Source: Rebecca billardiae RCC1528 (taxonomy: Eukaryota > Protista > Haptophyta). From it: a stretch of 64,000 bases of DNA. Below are positions 56,975-64,000 of the stretch, piece after piece. The stretch is from positions 682,001 to 746,000 of the forward strand of contig OZ251237.1 of the NCBI GenBank assembly GCA_965240325.2, given 5' to 3'. The position numbers were made by a program, and so were the translations under genes. How positions within the stretch are numbered: position 1 is the stretch's first letter; each line of letters opens with the position of its first letter. The notes below the pieces were generated by a model. The model saw nothing but the letters and a program-made list of their open reading frames with translations, was not told where the DNA came from and did no database searches.

Positions 56975-57630
56975 GCTTGAGGTACTCGCCCTGCGCCATG
57001 CGCTCGACGACGGGCCGCTGGTCGCTCAGCCGGCGCGCCTCGTGCCGGCAGAGCGAGAGCGCGCGCCACTGCTGGCCCCGACCTGCCGGCTGCGCAGCCG
57101 CGCACCAAGACCGACCGAGCGGAGCTCGGGGCGGTGGAACGAGGCGAGCGGCGCGTCGCGCCTGCCGCCGCGCGTGCGCGCCTGCTCCACCGCGCCGCCG
57201 TGCTCGCCCGCCGCCTCCTCCGCCGCGTCGGCCTCGAAGACGGCGGCTGCCAGCGGCAGCTGCGGCAGGCTGAGCCGCGCGCGCTCACTCAGTGAGTCAC
57301 TCACACTGTGAGTCACACCCGCGGTCGCCTCGACGGCCATCTATCCACAGCTGCTCGAGCTGCTGGAGGGCGCCGCGACGATGGCGGCGCGGGCGCCCAG
57401 CGCGTCCGTTGCCGCGTCGCTCAGCTCGTCGAGCTCGGCGCCGCACTTCGCCAGCTTGGCGCCTAGCGCCTCCGCGTGTCACGTGCTCGTGCACGTCAGC
57501 CTGCTGATACGCCGCCGCCCATCGGCACTTCTGGCATCTGCGCGCGCAGCTGCTGCAGCTCGACGGCGGAGTCGTCGCGGCTGGCGGCGAGGGTGCGCAC
57601 CGCGTCGATTGCCGAGGCCTGCAGCCCGGT
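56975..57630 (-). pseudogene. Second degenerate copy of the cargo gene fragment
   Basis: Homologous to 53706-54355 (AAAVFEADAAEEAAGEHGG, RRLSDQRPVVERMAQGEYLKQ), with stops and indels. Confidence 0.65.
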
Positions 57631-60600
57631 GATCGCCGCGTCGACGCGCGCGGCGATTTCCCCACGCAGCTCCTCGCGCCACGTGGCCGCCGCTCGCGTG
57701 CAGGCAGCTGGGCGCCGCTGCGCGACCCAGGAACCGGCGCGCGTCGCAAGGCACTCCCTTGGACAGGCTCCGCAGTTGACGACCTCTTTCACCTCGGCAC
57801 GTGCCTTAAGTAGCTCTCTGATCAAGAGTGCCTTGCGTGCCGGGTAGCTCTCTGATCAGTAGGTTACGACGCGGTGGATTCATTCTCCTGATGGCTCATT
57901 GATGAATACCATTTGTCGTCACGAAGCGGTGGATTCGTTCTCCTGATGGCTCCTTGATGAATACCATTTGTCAGATGGCGACGATCAGGTAACGAGTGGT
58001 AAAGAGTCCGGTCATACGCGACCCGCTTCCTCTGCAATCCCAGCTTTCGGCATACGCGGGTACTACGATACATTATGGCCCGCGGTGAAGATAAATACGA
58101 TGAGAGTCGTTGCGGCGGCGAGGCCATATTTATTTATTACTATGGTCACACATGAACGAGAGGCTACCCACAATTACCCTGCCTGGCGCACTTGGGCGTG
58201 GGTTTCGTTGATTCCTCTGTTCACTATTCAAGACGGCGGACGCGCCCTTTTTCGACGCTAATGCACCTGTAAGGGAGTCTCAAAATCGAAACTCGGTCTC
58301 CTCCAGCCCTAAAAAATCGCCCCCCGTCCCTTTTTTCTTGATCAAAGATCTTTTTGAAACGTGGTTCGGGCCCGCTGGTGCGGGCTCCACGCTGCGCGCT
58401 CCGCCCTGCACCGCGGGCCAGGATCTGATCCTATGGCATAGGATGAGTTCACCAGAGCGCCAGCGGCTCAGTTTCGCGCATACGAGTCTCATCGGTGTTG
58501 CTGTATCGTACACACAACTCCACCGGCTGTCGACACACACCATCTCCGCCTGCCGCCACTGCCACGGCGGTCGCGCGCGCGTGCGCGCGACCGCGCGCGC
58601 GCGCGCGATCCTATGCCATAGGATCCGGCATCCGCGCCAGGGACGGCTACATAGGATCGGCATGACAGCGTCAGTTGCTCGCCCCTGGCTTGTCTCCTAA
58701 ACCCCTGGGTTTCGTCAACGAGGTCCCCCCCCCCCCCCTCATTGTCCGGGCGGCGACGACCAGTGCCGCTGAGTCCTGGCTGCGTCGCCAAGCGGCGGCT
58801 GGAGGAGCGACGGGCGCGCGAGCGTGGCGGCCCGCGGGTATCGCAGACCTTGTGGCACGTAGTCGCGCGTGTGCGCGCCGTCACCTTGCGTGTACAACAC
58901 CAGGCGCTGACTCCCATGCCATTGCCTCGCCCGGAAGACTGCCTCGGCACCTTGTGTCTGCGTTCAAATGCTCACAAAGCTGGCTCGCGGCGCTTGTGGC
59001 AGTGCCTAGCGTGCAAGAAGCTGCTACAAGTGGTGTCATAGCACTCAAGACCCGGCCGTGACGCATGGGGCTAGTCGGGTAGGCTGATATATGCTATCGG
59101 CGACCAGCAAAGCAGTTCGATCAGTGATCCGTGACGCTGGAAATGTCATGCGCACACACCGTTTGAAACGCGAGAGCGCCGCGCGTGCCAAACGTGACCA
59201 CTTTCATGCGGCGTGCGGGGTCGGACGTCCAGCGCGCGTGTACGCATACATTGTGCATACATACCCCCACCACCCCGAGCCATCTCCTCGCGCCCAGGCT
59301 CCCCAAATGTCGAGTCGGCTGGCAGGAAGTGACCGCTCGCACAAGGTCAAGCTCGCAAGTGGTTGCGCGCGCCAACCGCAAGGGCGACGAGCGAGGAGAG
59401 ACATCAGCGGGCTGGTTTGTCGACGTTCCCCTACGTCTTGGGGCCCGCCCCGCCCAGCGTGCCGCCACGGAACGCCCCGCAATCGACCGCTAGGACGCTC
59501 GGCGAGCACGCACCCACCGCCGCCACGGCAGCCGTCCCCCGAGCCAGGGGTGTAGGGGACAAGCCCCTGGCAGCCGAGCGGCGACCCTGGGCACGGACGG
59601 CGCCGGCGGGTGCTCGCACTGGAAGCCCGCGCTGCCGCCCGCACCGCCGCCCACGCCGCCAGGCGCGTTGCTGCCCGTGGCACACCGATTCTGGGGCGGG
59701 GCGAAGAGAGGGCAACCGCCATCGTGCGTGCGGCCACGGACCTCCCACGATGGTGGCGGCCGTCCTTGTGGACCACGAGCCCACGAATCCAAGAGCGTGC
59801 GGGTCGAGCGTCGCGTAAATCGACTGCGGCACACGCATGGCGTGTCTACAGGTGCGATACCATCCACGCACGCGACATGGCAAGATGTTCCGGCTTCCTC
59901 CGAGGCTTGCTCTACATGCGTGCCGATGCTCGATCGCAACCACCTGACGACGCGAGAGACCCGCAGCAGCTTGCGCGCGCAGCCCCGGCGTGTCGTACAA
60001 TGCCATGCTTGGCGAGGACCAAAACGCATTGTGGATGAACCTCGTACGGCTCCGGTCGAACACAGTGAACCACGATGTGTGAGCATCAAGCTGGGTGTCA
60101 TCTACAAGTGCCACATGTCGGTCGGCGTTGCCGCCGTGGAGTCGCAAGGCGGCAGCGACCGCGACGGCTTCACGCGCTCCATCCGTGGAGCCCAAAACAT
60201 GCGGTGGTGGTCGAAAATCACAACAAGCTCGCTCTGGCGGATGGTGGCGACACTGCTACCGACCCCTAGGTGCAGTCGTACCATTCGGCAACATGAGAAA
60301 ATGTCGTCTGCTGAGTCGTCCCTGGGGCCATCCTATCACCTATGCCATAGGAATTAGGATTGAATCCTATGGGATAGGATCGCAGTGGGATATCCGTTAG
60401 ACTCTAATACGGTGATGATACTATTGGATATTGATAGTCTGGCTGGCTTACTAGAGAGTAGAGACAAGATATGCTTTCATATAAGTCTTTATTGTTATTT
60501 GTTATTTGACAACTAATCATAAACTAATCATCATCGAATCATCCCGCCTCGCCCTCGGCCGCCTCCGTGCCAGTCTCACTGCAGACCGTCTAGAATTCGC

Positions 60601-60728
60601 TAGAATGTAGATCTGACAGCTACTGTAGTGAGTCGTTCTAGATGCATGATCATCAATCACAATCTCGGTGCTTGAATTAATTATCAATATATATATACAT
60701 ATTGATAAATAAAATCGGCGGTGGTCTA

Positions 60729-62069
60729 CATGACCGCGCGCGTTCCGCGGTCCTTTTCTGCATAGAATCAACGCAGTTTGAGTTGGGATGGGGGCCCGCG
60801 GTGGCCGTGCAATCGCGGCTCTCTGCCGTAGTGGCAGTTCGCCAGTTGAAGTCGGTTCTGAGATGACTGAAGAGTACAGTCTAACTATTAGTCCGACCGT
60901 CGCCCTGCCTGCGATCCCGCGAGACTCATTCACTACACTTCACACAATTTCACAGCAGCGGACCTGAGACCGCACCCGGCACCCGTCAAATCGGACGTCC
61001 GTCTGACAACTAGCTGATGCCAAATGTCCAACTGGCTGATCAGCTCGGATCCGAACCGTCCGCGATCGTGCCATCATCGGCATCGGACGTCCGTCTGACA
61101 AACAACTTTTACGTCTTTTACTAGCTGCCAAATTACTGTCCAACTCCGATGGCTGATCAGCTCCGGGATCCGACCCGTCCGCGATCGTGCCGAGTGAGTC
61201 GTGCTGCCGCGGAGCTCATCGGAGTACTGAAGGAGTCGGGTGTGACAGCAGGGTGCTTTAGCGCTGCGGCCCGTGCCAGCCAACGACGACCAGACGTACT
61301 CTGGCCACTTGACCCGTTGCACGGGCCCGGGGGAGTGACCGTACGCCCTGCTACCGCGCGCGCCGCGCGACTCGGGGTGATGGAGAGCGGATGGCGACAG
61401 CAGCAGCAGTCCTCATGAAGACTATGAAGCTGGCGGCACGGGTGCACGAGGTGGCAGGCGAAAGCGCGCCGACGAGACCGCATTTGACACACCTGAGCCG
61501 CACGCGCGTGCCGTCGCCGAGCCGGCTGCACTGAAATGAACGCAACTTGACCGCGCGCAGCGCCACGACGGCGCGGCACTAGCTGATGCAGGCCGTACTG
61601 CCGGCACTGCTTCTGCGATCATGCGCCACGGTCGCAGCTGACTGCGTGAGCAGCAAGCGGGAGGCGGGTCCGGAGGCACGTGCAGGCGCGCTCGCAGCCA
61701 GGGGTTGGTCCCATCCGCCATCGTGCGCCGGGCACGTCACCTCCGATCCGGATGTGGCCAGTCCGGACGTCACGCGATCCGGGACGACGAATATATATAC
61801 GATTCGCTCGTAACGAACCGTTACGTTAAAGTCACGTCCGGCTCACACGCAGATCGCACTTTACTTAGGGAATATCGTGGGCGCGGTCTTTTCTCGCCGA
61901 ATGAACGTCTCTATGCGGTCTCAAAAAATCGAAACTCGGCCTCCACCTCCCTGAAAATCGCCCCGGCCCCGGGCCTTTTTTCTTTGATCAAAGATCTTAA
62001 TTTGAAACGTGGTTCGGGTCCGCACTGCGGGCTCCACGCTGCGCGCTCCGCCCTGCACCGCGGGCCATA
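60729..62069 (+). mobile_element. TATG-family element, copy 4 (more diverged)
   Basis: Left end CATGACCGCGCGCGTTCCGCGGTC; right end matches 22940-23201 and finishes GGGCCATA; flanks cta/ata. Confidence 0.62.
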
Positions 62070-62269
62070 ATATAACAGCTAACTCAATTAAAGTCGTAGT
62101 ATTATATAACATGCAGTAGTCATCTGCTAGCTACTTACTTAAGTTACTAATAAGCTACTTTGAGCTGGCCGGGGTACGGGGCTGGGCCTGGAGGCTTCAG
62201 CCGCCGGTCTGTACGACCAGTAACATCGTTGGAGCAGCGTCGTCAACTCGTCATGATGCATCATCATCA

Positions 62270-63670
62270 TCATGATGCATCATCAATAACATCAGCATTC
62301 TGATGATCAACGTGAACGTCGTGACGAGTATTCATGCCGCCATCAACATGTAGCACCACGGCAAGCGCCCCTGCAGGCGGCACAGCCATGAACAGCGACA
62401 GCAGCAGCGGCGGCGGCGGCAGCGCGCACGCCTCGCACGCGCCGGACGCCGCTTGCCCATGCGCGGCGATTGCCGCCGCCGAGACGATGGCGCGCGCGCT
62501 GAAGTGCAGCCCCATGGCAGTGGCGCGCAGCCGGCCGTCGAAGCGGCCGAGGCTGAAGTCCAGGCACTGCACGATGGCAACCGAGCGCGCGATGGGCACC
62601 GCGAGCATCGCACCCACGTATCCGAGCCACGCAACCGGCTGCGAAGGCCCGTGCGCCGCAGCGACCAGCGCAGCGGCGGCCGCGGCGGCGAGCAGCGGCG
62701 CGGCGGCCAGCAAAGCGAGCGCTGCCGAGAGGGCAGGGCGCCGCGGGCTGACTCCAGCAAGGGCACACCCGCGCTTGAGTGCGCGTGCGATCTCCGGGGC
62801 ACGGAACGAGCCGACCACGCCCGCGCCAGCGTACACGGCCATGTACCCGCCGTACGTGAACACGCCGCGCCCAAAGTAGCCAAGCACCACGTCCGGCGAG
62901 GCCGCTATGAACAGCCACGCGGCGGCGCACGAGCACGCGTCCGCACAGAGGTGAGCCATATACGGCAGGTCGCCTGTGAGGACGCCGAGCGTGCGCAGCA
63001 CACCGGGACGCTCGTCGACGCCATCGAGCGCGTCGTACGCGGGCAGGTCAGTGGCCCCATCGTCCGCACCGCCATGCGCGGACGCCGGCCGCGCGCGCTC
63101 GCCCGCATCCCCTGCGAAGACCGCGGCAAACACCGCTGCGGCCAGCGTGCCCGTGACTGCAAGCAGGGCAAACACCGATCGCCAGCCGCATAGTGCCAGC
63201 GCGAGCGAGCCGATGCTCGGCGCGCCGAGCACGGCGAGCGTGCGCGCCGCGACCACGCGCGAGAGCACGCGCTCGCGGGCGGGCGCGTCGCCTTCGAAAC
63301 GGTCGCCAATCATTGCCTGCGCCGCGACGAGCGACGCGGCGCCACCGACCGCCTGCGCGACGCGGAGCGCCAGCAGCAGGCGCAGCGAGGTGGGTAGCGC
63401 GGCAATCGCACTCGCCGCGACAAAGAGCACAAGCCCGATGGCCAGCGTCCGCACCCGGCCACACGTGTCCGCGCACGCCCCGACGAGCGGGTACGCGAAG
63501 CCAAGCGCGAGGAGAAAGACGGTGATCACAGACTGCGCGTGCGCGACGGGCACTCCGTACTCGAGGGCGATCGCGGGCAGCGAGGGCGCCACAACATCGG
63601 ATGCGAACGCCGCAAGGATTCCGAGCAGCACGAGCGCCGGCTCGAGGCAGCCCGCCAACAGTGCTAGCAT
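62270..63670 (-). CDS. MFS transporter, DHA1 (Bcr/CflA)-like
   Basis: SDVVAPSLPAIA, motif A GACADTCGR, LRVAQAVGG, APSIGS..GWRSVF; ~12 hydrophobic segments; intronless. Confidence 0.85.
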   Translation of the reverse strand: MLALLAGCLEPALVLLGILAAFASDVVAPSLPAIALEYGVPVAHAQSVITVFLLALGFAYPLVGACADTCGRVRTLAIGLVLFVAASAIAALPTSLRLLLALRVAQAVGGAASLVAAQAMIGDRFEGDAPARERVLSRVVAARTLAVLGAPSIGSLALALCGWRSVFALLAVTGTLAAAVFAAVFAGDAGERARPASAHGGADDGATDLPAYDALDGVDERPGVLRTLGVLTGDLPYMAHLCADACSCAAAWLFIAASPDVVLGYFGRGVFTYGGYMAVYAGAGVVGSFRAPEIARALKRGCALAGVSPRRPALSAALALLAAAPLLAAAAAAALVAAAHGPSQPVAWLGYVGAMLAVPIARSVAIVQCLDFSLGRFDGRLRATAMGLHFSARAIVSAAAIAAHGQAASGACEACALPPPPLLLSLFMAVPPAGALAVVLHVDGGMNTRHDVHVDHQNADVIDDAS

Positions 63671-64000
63671 CAGAAACAGTGATGGACGACGAACCGCCGC
63701 GCGCCATCTGAGGCCACTTCACCGAAATCCAGGTTGGGGAGGATCTCCGCTGCACTGGTGGGGAGGATGTCATCCTCCCCGCTCGCCACGGCTGGGGAGG
63801 ATGTCCGCCGCGCTGTCCGGTCTTTCGCCGCTGACAAAACTTTCGAAAACGAAAGTCGCGCTATGGCGGACCCGGTGTTCCCGCCCGGCGGCGAAAGGGG
63901 CGCGGGGCCGGTGGCTCGCGATCCGAAGGGCAGTAGCACGCGACCTCGCTTGGGCGGTGGCAGCGGCGCTGTGGCACGGCGTGTACCATCCGCGCGGCTG

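Larger units (their letters stand above)
54877..58420 (+). mobile_element. TATG-family element, copy 3 (contains a nested hAT-like element)
   Basis: Left end TATGACCGCGTTCCGCGGTC; conserved right end ...CACCGCGGGCCA (final TA missing). Same cargo and same relative orientation as copy 2. Confidence 0.68.
54853..60399. mobile_element. Putative outer TIR element hosting nested insertions
   Basis: TA(G/A)CGGATATCCCACTGC inverted at 54853 and 60399; flanks tactct/gactct (5 of 6 match); palindromic atcctatgccataggat submotifs at 58427-58660 and 60330-60381. Confidence 0.5.

Noticed and set aside
52666-58420. Large inverted segmental duplication or single giant TIR element
   Set aside because: Explained by two separate TATG-family copies in opposite orientation, one with its own exact TSD.
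59431-60357. Transposase in ORFs inside the 54853-60399 element (also 51072-52366 and 12245-13054)
   Set aside because: No recognisable DDE, HUH, YR or RT motifs; frames are broken.

Overview
Very GC-rich eukaryotic DNA with short GT-AG introns of about 90-180 nt. The intron style and a signal-peptide-bearing bilin reductase suggest an alga with a secondary plastid, perhaps a haptophyte; this is inference only. About 15 protein genes are supportable: a 5'-partial soluble-adenylyl-cyclase-like STAND NTPase, an RlmI-type SAM methyltransferase, a duplicated BMT/GH130-like beta-propeller gene, a Pro/Cys-rich membrane protein, a catalytically dead caspase-fold/armadillo fusion, a complex-I gamma-carbonic-anhydrase-like subunit, a mitochondrial-type uS4, a GT2 glycosyltransferase, PebA, an SDR, an EsV-1-7 repeat-array protein, a BTB-BACK-FHA protein, a Tubby protein and an MFS transporter. 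Between them lie clusters of non-autonomous, often nested transposons whose ends and target-site duplications (TSDs) can be read directly. Highlights: (1) an intronless ORF of 16 near-identical 38-aa Cys3-His EsV-1-7 units, variable at a few fixed positions and followed by NLS-like motifs, i.e. a TALE/PRDM9-like modular architecture; (2) a 4.48-kb split-direct-repeat (PAT/Ngaro/TOC1-like) element inserted without TSD into a gene copy; (3) several cargo-carrying TIR families with 3-, 4-, 7- and 9-bp TSDs. All calls come from manual reading and motif recall; no database searches were run.
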